NCBI GenBank assembly: GCA_964016885.1
Contig: OZ024747.1
Location: 36,704,001 to 36,768,000, forward strand
Direction: 5' to 3'
Length of the DNA stretch: 64,000 nt
Origin: Eledone cirrhosa
Lineage: Eukaryota
The position numbers and the translations under genes are program-made. Positions 11,908 to 25,572 of the stretch are shown one piece after another (positions within the stretch are counted from its first letter, which is position 1; each line of letters starts with the position of its first letter). Below the pieces are notes generated by a model. It was not told the origin of the DNA. It was given only the letters and a program-made list of their open reading frames with translations, and made no database searches.

Positions 11908-12757
11908 TTTAATAATAATAATAATAATCGTTTCATTTATTGGCCACAAGGACCGACATATAGGGGACAATACAATAAACGGGGACAGTGTGTTTTTTAC
12001 ATAAAAATCGAGTAAAAAATATGAAAACAAGAAAATTAAAATCAACGGTCCCCAGTAGGAGGTTAACCACCCACGGGTCAGTCAGGTAACCCATCAATCC
12101 TGAACCACCCGAGGGTACCCTGCAGGGCACTTCTCTCCTCAAATTCACCAGCCTACAGTGCATAATCAGAGTAGACCCATACACAAGAGCCATTCTCGCC
12201 ATGTCGCCCACCTGTTAGCAAATGTACTGGGGGATGGGGGGCAGCACTTCTCTCTCCACCCTCACCTTGCTTTTCAAATGAAACTTTAAAAAGTTGATGA
12301 GGGATTGGCTGAAGAAAAAAGTGTCTGTCTTCAGTCCTTTCAACCTGGTCCACCATACAACCTCTTTCGCTACTGCCACCAGACACAGGACAATTTCCTG
12401 CCCTTCCTGGCCAAAAGAAGGCAGTGGGTCGATCTTCACTATGTTCTCGATCGATAGCCGGAGCCGTTCTACACACGACAGCAGCTGTTCGACATGATTC
12501 CACAAGTCAGTACTGAACAGACACTGGTTTTATTACCACGCTGCGCCTCTGCATCGCGGGTTCATTGAACAGCTTTGATTCCCTCGTTTTACAGAGCACG
12601 CGCCTTAACATTGCAACCTTCGTGTTTCGCATTGAAGAAATGATCTAATGTTATTCTCGCCGCTAGCATGTTAATTGCAATGCTACTACAAATAGCCTCG
12701 TCTAACTTATCTACCAGCTCCCTCTCCTCTCTCCTTTCTGTGTTTCTCTAAAGCTAC

Positions 12758-13640
12758 TTATTTGCTAAACTCTATTGACATAACTCTAATCTCTCTATTG
12801 TTGACGACTCCCCCTGTCAACTTTTTCTTAACTAAATTTTTGACATGGTCCCTGTGAACATTATTGGCTGGAAATGATATGTTCAGCTTCCAGTAACCAT
12901 GTCCTAATCTACGCGTCTTATCTTGGTCGACCATACAGATCACAAACCTGTGATCCGAATAGGCGACCGTTTTAAAACGTGGCCAGCTTACACTATTTCT
13001 ATCTATTTTCCTAATGAAAATCATGTCTATATACGATCTAGATGACCCTATGTGGTTGGTCCAGGTCCACACTGGCGCATTAGGGAAATCTAGTTGGTAC
13101 CTGTCAGACAGTTGGAGCTGGCTGAGCAGTTACTTGAGGCTTTTGCACCACCACCATCCGCTCCTATTAGCTACTGCCAGACAAATCCAGCATGCATCTA
13201 AGATGACGTTCCAGTCCCCCGCTAACTGTAAAGGGTCAGACGTACCTAGAAAGGCTTCCAGGCGCCGAAAGAAGTCCGGCCGTCCGACCCCGGTAGGGGT
13301 GTAGACGGCCAACAGTATAAAGGCACCACCTTCGCTTTTGTTCACGTCCAGGACCACCAATTTACCATCTGGGTCCCGAAAGATCGACCTTACCTCGAGA
13401 TCCAGGCCTTTCATAAGCAGCACTGCCACCCCACCTCCCATTTCCGATCGACTAACAAATGCGAAGATCTGATAGTCACCGGAAATGGGGGCTAGTCCAC
13501 GTGTGTCGGAAATCCTGGTCTCGCTGCTGGCAATTACATCCATTTCTAGAGAACTGGGGTCGTTGAGCAGGTGATTCTGCTTCCAGGACGATCCCAGGCC
13601 CCGAACATTTAAACTTCCTACTCTTAATACGGCAATGTTG
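12758..13640 (-). pseudogene. APE endonuclease domain of LINE ORF2 (frameshifted)
   Basis: GSLNVRGL, SET (usually QET), GGGVAVL, DPDGKLV, AVYTP, AGDWN, WTW..SYIDMIF, YSDH, GYWKLN. Confidence 0.9.
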
Positions 13641-13659
13641 GCTGGTTAAAAGGGAGAGG

Positions 13660-15660
13660 AAAGCTTTACTTACTTCTCAGGTCTTGTGAACGTCAGATGT
13701 TTCGACCTCCATAGTTGGTGGGGTTTCTTTTGGGAATCCCTTTGAAAGTATCGATGCGGGTTTCACGTTCGGCGTTTCCACGTCCCGAGGAAAGCTGTCT
13801 CAAATTCCTTTGTAGGAATCGAGCGACATTCGCATCAGAAACAAATGGTCTGGCACTCGAAATGTGCTCGATTTGAAAACCTCCCTCTCTGTTTGAATTT
13901 CTTTACTTCGTGCTACGAGGGGCATCAGTTCCTTGTTGGTCATTCTGACCAGCACGAAGTTTTGTATGTTTTGTTGGTGTGATTTTATTTGTTTGTGTGG
14001 CTGTGGTGGTGATGGTTTTGACGGTGTTGTTTCGCTTTTGTCTGTGTTTGTTGTGAGTGCGGTGTCTGTGGTTTCAGATGTTTGCTTATGTATTTGTTCT
14101 TGCGTCTGTTTAGGTTGTTTGCGTTTGAGGGATTCTGGTGATGGTGATGGTGGTGTTGATGTTGTTGTTGGGGAAATGTTTGCGTGGGTTGTGTCTGCAT
14201 TTTTTATTGTGGGTGTTATTGTGCTTTGTTGAGATTTTTCTTTGGGTGTGTGTGTTTATTTTTTTTTGTTTTGATTTGTTTTGTTTTGTTTTACTCTTTG
14301 TTTTTTTTTTTTTTTGGGGGGGGGGGTTTCCCTCATCTTCACTAATGGAAGCTGATGGACCTCTGTCTGTAAGTTTGTCTGTGTGTGTGTTTATGTTTTT
14401 ATTCATGATGTATTTGGGGGGGAGGGGTAATTGGACAGCTTTCCTCACTACCCCCTTGGGTGGCCAATGTTGGTGTTGTTGCTTATGGTTTTGCCTATGC
14501 TGGTGTTGGTCCACGTTCCGGCGTCGGCAGCAGTGGAGCCCTTCGACCCCTTGCACCTTTCAGCAGTTGAGGCCAGAAGACCTCGCAAATGGGCTGTTTC
14601 TCTGCAAATGAAAAAAATGCGACTGTTTTCCCTCAGTCATTATATGCAACACCATCCTTTTCGGGAGACGGATGTGGTCCGGAATACGTTTTACATCCTC
14701 GAGCTTGATCTAGAGAAGTATCTCCAGGTCAACACGGACATGTCCTCCCTGCAGTCCTTGTAACCACTATCGGGATGGTATCCGTTCCCCTTCACTATCA
14801 CCCATCACAGGAACCACCACATGTCACGTCCTGGGGGAATCCAAGGAATCCGGCCACGAGCTGTTCATTTTCTCATGTGGGAGGGGTACATAATTACCTT
14901 GTTGGTTTTGAAAGGGGTCATCGCATTTTTCATAGTGAGGGCTACTGAATTAAACAACATCGAAATGGTGCCGTATAGTCTGCCCCTTACTATGTACACG
15001 GTGTCATACCTGATGTGCATCAGTGGGACTACAGTATCTACCTGTGCAATTAAAGCCACCATCTTTCTCTCTGCCGAGATGCATCTGAAATGCACCGTTC
15101 TACGCTCTACTGCTTCAATGGCTTCTGTCGTGACAGTTAAGTTGGCCCAGTTTTGCCCTTGTTTGATGAGTTTTCAGATCTGGACCAACTTTTCATCTTT
15201 ATTCGTGAGGTCCATGCTGAAGCATATCCTCTTTTTGGCTGCTACCGCATCCTAAGTGTTTTTAGTGGTGTTGTCGGTGGTGTTGTTGTTGTAGCTGTTG
15301 CAGTTGATTGTATCTTTGGTGCCGCTGTTGTTGTTTTCGGGGCAGTTGGTCTTGTTGCTGTTGCTGCTGTTGCTGTTTAGTTGTTAGTGGTGTTAATTTC
15401 CTCGTTGTTTTCGGTGCGGTTGGTTTTGGTGCTGTTGTTGTTGATGTTTGTTTTAGTGGTGTTAATGTCGATATTTTCGTTGTCATTGTTTCTGTTGTCT
15501 ATATTTTGGCTGTCGCTGTGACTGCTGTGGTTGGTGTTGTCATTTTTGTTTTTTAGGTTAGTGTTCTCACTGTTGTTGTTGTTGCTGTCGTTGTTCATGT
15601 TGTTGGTAATGTTTGTGTGGTATAAATGTTTCTGTTGCCGTATCCCTCCTCTCAACGTTT
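13660..15660 (-). pseudogene. LINE ORF1 relic
   Basis: T/N/Q-rich N-terminus, RTVHFR..RGRLYGTISMLF domain, Cys/His remnants near 14500-14620 and a basic C-terminus, lying upstream of the APE domain. Confidence 0.65.
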
Positions 15661-15894
15661 AAGCCGCTTCAGCAGGCTTACCGTTGGTGGATCTCAGCCA
15701 TGTTTTCTTTTTCTCGATATCTTTTTTTGTATACACAAAGTTCAAATATTTGGGTCAAAAGTCCCGAATATTATAGCGTCTCCTCTTCACACGACACAGA
15801 GGAAAGTTTTACGACCACGTTGCAACCAAAATTAGCAAATACAAACTAAGAAAACAACAAAAGAATTAGTAAATATTTCGAAAAACGTTACACA

Positions 15895-15928
<34 letters not shown>

Positions 15929-16211
15929 GCACTATATATACATATACACACACACACCGCGTCATAATGTCGTAATGCAGCAGCCAGACATACAGACAGA
16001 CATTATAAGGGCGCAAAGTTATATCTATGTAAAAAGAGAAAGACTAAGAATGCTAGAGAGAGATCGCTAAATCGCTTAATGCGCTCCCTAGGGGATGGAA
16101 AATTCATAATTGCTTTTCTCAAAACACTCCCAGGACCATATGTATTACATGTGTAAAGTTTGAAAACAATCGGTTAGGTGGTTCTCGAGTTTTAGTGAGC
16201 GGACAGATATA

Positions 16212-17298
16212 CTAGCATTAAAGCCCGGCGTTGCTCGGGTTCAGTAAATTACCAAAGTTAGATTGCACCACCCATTTTATGGCAGCACTTTTTTGTCTGC
16301 CAGGCACTGGGTGAATGAATTGCAGACCTGGACTGTCGAAGCAGGAGCTGCGCCAGCAGTGACAATTGTAGTTTCGCCTATGGATATTATCTCTGTGCAA
16401 AGAAGTGTTGAAATTTATTGTTTCACAGTACTTGCGCAACACACGCGTAGACGATGCCAGCCGAACAACAGAGCTGCGATGGAGTTGTTCTGCATGGTTG
16501 TCTAATGTGTGTTTTCTAAATTTAAAGCAGTAGGGAGGGGTGTGATATGGGGGAGAGTTAGCTGCTGTTTCTAGCAGGTTTAGTGACCTCATAGAGGATA
16601 TGTGTTTTCTAAATTTAAGACAGTAGGGAGTGGTGTGATATGGGGGAGAGTTAGCTGCTGTTCCTAGCAGGTTTAGTGACCTCATAGAGGATATGTTTTC
16701 TAAATTTAAGACAGTAGTGAGGGGTGTGATATGGGGGAGAGTTAGCTGCTGTTTCTAGCAGGTTTAGTGACCTCATAGAGGATATTATTGTGTATAGTAA
16801 GTAAACTGATACTTCTTTCTTCCACGTTCGTTGAGAGGTTTTAAAAAAGATTTATCGCTAATTTTTTTGTTGTTGAATAAATTTATCTGTTGCTTTTGAA
16901 TAATTGTTGTTTCGTATGAAATGTAATAAGTTCTCTTTGTCATTGAAGTAAATAAATGTTTGACCGTTCCACACTCAAAAACAAACGTTCTCTCTCTCTC
17001 TCCTTCTCACTGTCTTCTCTCTCTCTTCGGCGTTCCTAAAGGAAGTTTGTAAGCATCTATGTAGTTTTATCAAATTTTAAGGGGAGTAGAGAGAGTAATT
17101 TCTGATTATTATGTATTTACGTTTATCGATTATTTCCGTAATTGTGGGTGAGTTTGAATTAAATAAATAGTCGTTGAACTAAGTTAGACCATTTACAACA
17201 TTCTTACAGAATTTGAGTCGAATCCGTTTGAAATTGTCCAAATGTATAAACATGGAACATGCACACACACACAACAACAACAATCTGCCTTTTATAGA
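16212..17298 (-). mobile_element. Non-autonomous Helitron
   Basis: Minus strand reads A|TCTATAAAAGGCAG ... CCCGAGCAACGCCGGG hairpin ... CTAG|T, the same 3' hairpin as at about 49371-49386. Confidence 0.8.
16505..16785. repeat. Three copies of a ~94-bp minisatellite inside the Helitron
   Basis: gttttctaaatttaa...gatatgggggagagttagctgctg...gacctcatagaggat occurs three times. Confidence 0.9.
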
Positions 17299-17352
17299 TA
17301 ATTGTTTCTACTTTAGGCACAAGGCCAGCAATTACCCAGTGCGTTACTGGTA

Positions 17353-18660
17353 CTAATGATAGATAATGTTTATATTTTTCGGGAGAGTTCTTCGTGTTGG
17401 TGGTATGTAGTAATTTTTGTCCGTAATGTTAGTGTGCTGCTTTATATGTTCTAAGAGTTCTTTATTTGCCATGTTTATGGCTGTGTAATGTTGTTGTTTT
17501 TTTTTTGGGGGGGGGCTGTTTTCTTGATGCTGCTGCTGGGTATGTTTGTCTTGTGTTTGCGATGTTGATGTTCGTGGTGATGCTGGTCGTGGTGGTGTGG
17601 TGGTTGTTGGTGGTGATGGTGGTGGCGTTGCTGCGAGTCGCCTTGCAGCCTTTATCCCGCCTTGTTTGCCTTCGCTTTTGGAAGGTGAAGCTAAGAGTTT
17701 TTTTGTTTTTTGTGGCAGACCGTTTGCCACTTCACTCCCGCCTCAAACTCTGGTCAGTTTGTATCGGCATTTGCTTGTCTATACCTGACCAGTTCTCTCT
17801 CCTTATTTTCTCTACTTGCAGCATGGTCGTCCTTTCCTCGATTCCAGCAAGGACAGACGCGGCCAACCAAGGTATGGGCACGGCGTGTGGGACCTGGGTC
17901 TCTTTGACCCTCACAATTTTCTGTCCGCAGTAGGAGGGCACCAATACTATCTCCTCACACTTTAGGCTTTCCAAAGTGTGAGACTTTGCCGCTTGGTGGG
18001 TAGCGAAAAGTACGTCTACTGTGGCATACTTTCTGCCTCGGGTGATGTGGGTTTTGCGCGTCCAGACGCATCCCAAGGCCTTTGGGATTTGAGCCTCCGT
18101 GTCTCTCTCCACCCGATGTTACATTTTGCTTACGGTGCGGTAAGTCACCGTCCGTAGCTGCTGGTCCTTGAAAAAAGGAGTGGAGGTTTCAGGGAAATTC
18201 TATTGGCATTTCTTGTCACCATGACCCTTGTGACTGCCATCTCCTCCTCTGTGACTAGCACTGTTTCGATATTTCGGGCCACACCTGTAAAAGAATTGGC
18301 CTCTTTATCAGCTTACCACTATTGCTGCCGCTACTGGTCTTGCTGATGGTGCTGAGATCGCTGTTGCAGGTATCGATGTCATTGTTGATGTTTCGTTGGT
18401 ACTGTTGTTGCTGTTATTGTTGTCATTGTTTTTGTTTTCGTTGATACTGTTGCTGCTGTTACTGTTATTGTGGCTGTTGTTATTATTGTTGTTTTTGTTG
18501 ATACTGTTTTAACTATTATTGCTGTTGTGGTTGTTGTTATTGTCATTGTTATTGTCTTTCTCGACCTTACTGCTGTTATTTTTGTTATTGTCGTTGTTAT
18601 TGATGGTGTTGTTGTTGGTGTTATTGTTGGTGTTGTTTGTGTTAGAAATATTTTATAATT
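17353..18660 (-). pseudogene. Divergent LINE ORF1 relic related to 13660-15660
   Basis: RTVTYR..RGRKYATVDVLF..LVPSY aligns with RTVHFR..RGRLYGTISMLF..MYPSH, with the same low-complexity flanks. Confidence 0.7.
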
Positions 18661-19025
18661 TTATATCTGTAACAATTACATTAAAAATGATATTGTTCCT
18701 CTCTTTCTTCGTAATATATTCTTTTATATTTACCTTCGCTAGAACGCTGTCTTGTTGAAATGTTGACAAAGTCCCTCTATGTCCCCCTGTTGTCTGACAA
18801 CACTCTCTCTCTTTCTTGTGTTATCCATGTTGAAAGAAATTTATTTTGAAATAATTTTTTACATAATACGACACCCCATAAAGGGGTGCCGTATTATTTA
18901 CGAGTGAAACCCTGTATTAGGTGGGTCATTTCTAAACTTTTATCAAGTTTAAAACTAAGAACAGTTGAAAACGAGGTATACTGTTGAAAATAACTGGAGC
19001 CGATAAGAAGCGTGACTTCACCTTC

Positions 19026-19069
<44 letters not shown>

Positions 19070-21065
19070 CAATATTATGTCAGAAAGAATTGGTATAAAT
19101 ACGTGCCGTGTAAAGTAATGCAATAGGATGGGAAAGCAACGACACTCTGGGATTATGTTTTTCCAACTGCTTTCCGGACGTGGAAGATATCAAGAGTGCG
19201 AACGTCACGGGATAATCCTCCAGGAATGCATAAATGCGTGACGGAGAAGGATAGGTAAGTGCGTTAGACTCGAGTGGGAAATATATCAACGGAAAAAATG
19301 TTGGATCTGAATTTTTTTTTTTTTTCCGATACTGTTTGATTTCTGCATTACCATCCCCCGATAACCGATTAAATAAGAAAACTAAATAATATTTATTGTT
19401 TAATATGTGGTTCAGAATGTTAAGCAAGTCTATACCGGTTTTGTTTACTGACAAAATTAATAACTGTCACAAGGTATTTTGTTCAGTCATTGAGTCTGGC
19501 ATTCCTGACTTCCAAATAATAGATGATGATAATAATACAAATAATATTTACGCTGGGAGGAGATTTTTAGGACTCTCCGTACCCTACCATACACACACGT
19601 GACTTTCGGGTACCAGTAGGCGAAGATGAAGAAATAATAGATTATGGATCGACATATATCAAGTAGTTTGCAAGGTTGTTTATGGTTTGAAAAAAAGATC
19701 ATGCCAATGTCTTATGGTCTTCAAGAAGTAGCCAAATGAAATTGTATGGAAGACTATTTAGAGAAATCAGTGGAGAGATACAAAACATAACTTTCTCTAT
19801 TACCAATATTTCTCACCTCTGCATTTTTATAGGTATAATGTTTAGAGATGTTTGCTAATAAAAAACAAGAGGTATAATTCACAGTTGTAAGTATGTGTGA
19901 TGCATACATCATCCATACATGTATACACCTTTGTGTGTGGGATTCGGTGTGGATGTATGTGTGTTTATCCATACAGGGCCAAAAATATTCTTGACGAAGT
20001 CAATTTCGTTGACATCCTTAACTTCATAAAAACTATATATTAGTAGAGAAGCAAGATATGATACCCCTTAGCTGTTAATTACAACTAAAATGTATGATAT
20101 GAATTTGTTTATAGCTATGCACTACAAAAATATGTTGAGGTACAACTCTAGTGATTTTGTGTAATGATGAGGCATATTATTATGCATTCATTAACTATAT
20201 GGTGTCGTTATATTTTACTGCAAATATTTATTTCTAATCTTATTTTATATTCCGTATGAAGTGTGCCAACGGTAATATTGTATCCTAGGCACCAGTGCAG
20301 TATTTCTTCGAACACTAGGATTTCATGACGGACGAAACGATAAAGATTCAAGCTAACTGTGTATAAATATAATGTTATCATATTTCTTGTTGTTATTGGT
20401 GATGTTTTATATCCATCGGTCCCAACGGTGTGTGCTCTACATGTTTGCAAAGAAAGAGTCTGTTCGTGAAGCTGACACGGAAGTGGCTGAGTATTCCTTA
20501 GACGCATACACACTTAACTTAATTCTCTGGAGGAAGCAAAGCAGCATGATACTTTCACTGATTCAAGTTCTTTTATTTCCAAAGCCAACTCATATTTCCA
20601 GTCTAGAGGTAACGCCAAATATAATATTATAATTACTGAATCAACTAACTACCTGAATTATTTTCATTCTACTAGAAAGCATAAAAGTATATAGGGGAAA
20701 CTGGACGGGTGAGAAAGACGCTCAGAAAAATTAAAAACTTATAGAAGAATAAATTGTATAACATTAGTATAAGTCTACAAATACTAGAGTAGACCACAGT
20801 GGAGGTAAATGTCATAGGACTTAGATGGTACATCATATTTAGACCCCGTAGGTAAGGGAATGGTTGATAATAAACATTTGTATCACATAGATTTACACTC
20901 AAAATAAAAATCGCAAAGCTTATTCTACAACTACAAGTTCTGTCAACTACTGTCCTCCAAATGACGATGATGGTAATTAGAATACAAATATCAGAAACTT
21001 GATAGCCAAATTATAAATTATTGAACTGCATATACGCTACAATGTTTATAGTTATTTTTTAATAA

Positions 21066-21255
21066 ATGAATTGGCAGTAGTGGTAGAGGGTCGGACGCCA
21101 TGCTTTGACGTATAGAATTACGGCCCTTGCCATTCTGAGTTCAAATCCCGCCGAGGTTAACTCTGCCTTTCATCCTTACGGGGTCGATAAAATAAAGTAC
21201 TCGCAATACACTGGGAGAATTGCTAGCCTTGTGCCAAAGGTAGAAACAATTATTT
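21066..21255 (+). mobile_element. tRNA-derived SINE
   Basis: tggcagtagtggtag..ttctgagttcaaatcccgccgagg..tttcatccttacggggtcgataaaataaagtac..ccttgtgccaaaggtagaaacaattatt. Confidence 0.85.
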
Positions 21256-21569
21256 AATAAATATTTCATGCCAGCGTATCTTGGGTTTTCAACAAGACAT
21301 CAAAGAAAATTGACGGGAAGAATATTTGGGGATGTGTAAGATGAAATAGAAATACATTATCTTCCTTATTACAATATATCGCTGACCTTGTGTCGATGTA
21401 AATCCGAACTTTAAGAAACATTGCCAATACGAAAACTAATCTATAATCTAAAATTGTAAGTATATATGTACATACATATACACATACATACATACATGCA
21501 TACATTCATACATACATACATGCATACATACATACATATCTGTATGATATACATCATTGGCTCACAGGA

Positions 21570-22515
21570 GTACAGAAATACGTACCTAACCCATGACTTC
21601 TTTGTGGACGATCTGAAACTCTATGCCAAGAACATGGATGGGATGAGGAAAAATCTTGATGACCTGGTTACAACGTTCTCAAAGGATATAGGAATGAAGT
21701 TTGGCCAAGATAAATGCTCAAACATGACTGTAAAGCGGGGAAAAACAACAACCCAATCTAGCAACATTGTCATCAATAGCCTAACTGTTTCACCGATATC
21801 TGATGAGGACTGCTATAGATACCTGAGGATAGATGAGAACATATCCTATAATGGTATCTGTAATAAAGAACGCGTAACCAAGGAATACTATACCCGATTA
21901 AGAAAGATCTGGTCATCGGAACTCTCTGCGCAAAACAAAACTGGCTCACAACGTGTTTGCTGTGCCTGTTCTAACACCAACTTTTGGAATACTCAATTGG
22001 ACGATAGACGAAATCCGAGCAGTTGATGTTGGAACTCGAAAAATACTGAACAACACCGGAAACTTCCACATCAACAGTGATATAGACCGCCTTTACTTGA
22101 AACGTAAGCAGGGAGGCAGAGACATAACATTAGTCCAGACAACATTTGGTGTCGCATCATATCTCTCCGACACATCTACGAACCTCGAAGCGTGGGAGCC
22201 CGCTTCTCGAGCAAGTCTATCTGCATGAAACAGATAAGATCATGAGAGTTGGGAAGGAACTCCTTGAGAGATATTCCCTGTGTGATAATCAAAAGCTCAC
22301 ACCCAGGGATGTCGCTCAGCAGTATCGCAGTGAATCCATGGATGAAAAACTGCATACCTATCAGCAAAAAATCATGCATGGATATGTTGAGAGGAAGCTC
22401 CAGAGTGAGAGTAATATAGATAAGGAAAGTAGTCTAACTTGGACCAACAACCGCTATATTGGCTCCCACTTTGAAGGATACGCTTTTGCAATCCAAGAAC
22501 AGGAGATTAGCACGA
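21570..22515 (+). pseudogene. R4/Dong-like non-LTR retrotransposon RT fragment
   Basis: [69 protein letters not shown]; flanked by (CATA)n and (TA)n. Confidence 0.85.
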
Positions 22516-22524
22516 ATGTGTATG

Positions 22525-22629
<105 letters not shown>

Positions 22630-24073
22630 GTATGTATATATATATATGTGTGTGTGCGTGTGTATGTATGTATATATATATATTTGTGTGTGTGTGCGTG
22701 TATTTTGTATATCTAATGATGTATGGTATGTTTACGAATATATATATGTTATTCAATGTAAGACTATTCAATGTAAGACTGATTTTCAGTCCATGATATA
22801 TTCGTGCGCGTTATATGTATAAGTGTGTATGTGTGTGTTCTTGTATGTCTGAAGCTGGGCATGTATTTATCAAAATTTTACGAATTATTTCATTATTTGA
22901 AAAAGCAATTAATACAATTTCTGAATATTTTAATCTTGTGATTAACAATGCCTGGATAAACAAATAAAACAATATAGTATAAAATTGGGGAATTTATTGT
23001 TTTATTACATAGCTATGTTTCGTAATTCAACAATATTTAATAGGCGTCTGACCATCAGTTTTATTGATACTACCCAAGTTTCGGAATCTATAAATTATCT
23101 GCAACAAATTTCTATCTCGGTTTGGATTTAAAACTACTGAATTATAAAGTTGTAAGTGCAATATTCATAAACTTGTCTACAAGTAAAATTGCGGATATTA
23201 ATTTGTAAGATATATAGAAAACGCACTGCGTAACAGGGCGACCTCTACGAAATTGTTCGACCTGCAATTACATTCATAGCTTCCCCAAATACTACACTAC
23301 ACTCTTAAAATGTACGGTTTAAACTATTGCTGAATATATCACATTATTGGAGCCAGAATCCGCATGATTAGTATGTAACTGAAACTAAAACTTATCGACA
23401 CAGCGGAATATTTTCTCTTGAAACTGGCGACCATTTCAACTCTGCATAAATCGGGATTTAAAGATGATTTCAATGATAACAAACTATACAGAAATATATA
23501 AAGAACATGAATTAATATGTTATTCTTTCCGGCATTACGGATCCGCATGTAATAGATTTAAATGCAAATATTTCACTCCGAATTATATACATAACCCAGA
23601 ATATCTACATACTCTAGATTATCGGTAATCAATACATGATTTTAAAATTCACACAGGACATTCAAGTATCATTAATTTAGGATATCGGAGAATAGCTAAC
23701 ATGATTTTCCTTGTACGGAAGAATATGGTTAAAAGAACACTATATATGTCATATATAGGAAAATACCTGAAAAGGTCATCTTAATTCACATGACGCACCT
23801 CTGACTGACCACTTGATTAAATAATAAAACTGTATGCTAAAATACAGTCCACATTTGCAGGTTTATGGTAAATTTAAAGTAGACATATCTTTTGTTATTG
23901 GAAGACTTTACACATTTCGTCTCGTTCGTACTCCCAACTATTTCACTATTTCTTCTTCTATCTCTCTTTCTATATTCCGATGAAGGACTAATGTCCGTAA
24001 CATTAAGATTTTGTTCATATATCACCATTATACTGTATTGCTCCTGTGGGTAGTTTTACGTATGTTTTACGTA

Positions 24074-24450
24074 TGGCTTAGTGGTTAGAGCATTGGGTTT
24101 GCAATCGAAAGGTTGTGAGTTCAATTCTCAGACCGGGTGATGTGTTGTTTCCTTGAGCAAGACACTTTATTTCACATTGCTCCAGTTCACTCAGTTGTAG
24201 AAATGTGATGATAGGACTGGGTTCCCTATCACTCCACTGCAAAGTGGTTGTGCAGGTGCCACAGCAAAAAAGCACCCAGTCCACACTGAAAAGAGGACGT
24301 GTAGGCGCCAGGGAAAAAAAACCCAGAAACCTCACTGTAAATGAGGTTGGTGTTAGGACGGGCATCCAGCTGTAGAAATCAAGCCAGAATCAGTTCCCGT
24401 CCCACCCTTGCAAGCAGGTAAAAGCGGACGTAAAATGAAACGATGATGAA
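24074..24450 (+). mobile_element. tRNA-derived SINE
   Basis: tggcttagtggttagagc (A box), gagttcaattctc (B box), ccttgagcaagacactttatttc, and a (GAT)n-like tail. Confidence 0.8.
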
Positions 24451-25089
24451 AATGATATATATATATATATATATGGTATAGCAAGCCACATCGCACACTG
24501 GAATAGTTCCTTTGTTTTCATCGGAAGAAGAGTTTTTAATCTCTAAACAGGAGAGGAATAAATCAAGGTAAAAAAACTGTAAGAACAGTGGTTTCTTACG
24601 ATTTAATTATTTTCTGCCCAAACCCGCATTGTCGTGGCTTTCAATCTTCCAATTCTTTATATATATATATATGTGTGTGTGTTGTGTGTGTGTGTGTGCG
24701 TGTACATGTGTACATACGGTTGCGAATAACTACACATGGACACATAATTAGATTAAAGGATGATTTAAAAACAAAGGTGTCGAATGCTCTAATTTAAGAC
24801 AGAAACATTTTTCTAATCATAAAGTTAATTGAAGGCATTTGCATTTATCATATACAACTGTTCCCCTTAGAATGCTCAAACTTGTTCTGCCCTTTCTTTT
24901 CATAACTCACCTTTTACCCTGCCCCAGCAGCGGCTGGTTTTCAGAAGGCTTTCACTCATGGATCCTTTTAGGTTGGCTTATTATCAGTTTGCCAAATTTG
25001 ATTATTATCGTTTGAAGAGTGTCGAATTTGTATACACACGGGCGCGTGCACGCACATACACACAAACTTACATGCATACATACATACAG

Positions 25090-25572
25090 TGACCAAAACA
25101 CTGTACAATGCAATCTGTAGAAAAGATAGCCCCGATAAGGAACACATTGTGGAAGCAATGTGGAAGACATACATATACATAATATGAAATAGTACTGGTG
25201 GAATATTCCAGTAAAAACCCCAATAAAATGTAGGCATAACAGACCAGATATAATGATATGGGACAGGGAGAAGAAGGGATGCACAGTAGTGGAAGTTAGC
25301 TGCCCAGCAGATGCCAATTAAAGATAACGAAAAGAAGAATATTTATGCAGAACTGATGAGAAATCTGCAGATACTCAACCCTGACTATACCTTTAGATTT
25401 ATGCCTGTGATTATTGGGGCACTGGGGTATGTTAGTAACTGCCTCAATACAAATCTTGAGAAGCTGGGCTTCACAGAAACAGAAACAACACAACTAGTTA
25501 GCAAATTACAAGTACAATCCATTAACGGAACAGTAAAAATTGGTAACACATTCCAAAAGATTTGCATCTAAT
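25090..25572 (+). pseudogene. R4/Dong-like restriction-like endonuclease C-terminus
   Basis: EHIV, YWWNIPV..HNRPDIMIWD..VVEVSCP, EKKNIY, PVIIGALG. Confidence 0.85.

Larger units (their letters stand above)
11911..15890 (-). mobile_element. Tx1/L1-like LINE with the RT domain deleted
   Basis: A low-complexity ORF1 is followed by an APE endonuclease, then a direct jump to the ORF2 C-terminus (WNHVEQLLSCV). The 3' UTR ends AATAAA..gaaacg(ATT)n. Confidence 0.85.

Noticed and set aside
16505-16785. Regular repeats as a possible CRISPR array
   Set aside because: The units are contiguous with no unique spacers, in a eukaryotic Helitron context.
18863-18920. Strong hairpin aatacgacacccc/ggggtgccgtatt followed by GAAAC
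   Set aside because: No upstream core or stem I, so no function can be assigned.
19130-19265. Possible host exon ending at AG|GTAAGT
   Set aside because: No open frame, acceptor or partner exons can be supported.
24074-24145. tRNA gene
   Set aside because: A and B boxes are present but there is no full cloverleaf, and the sequence continues into a SINE body.
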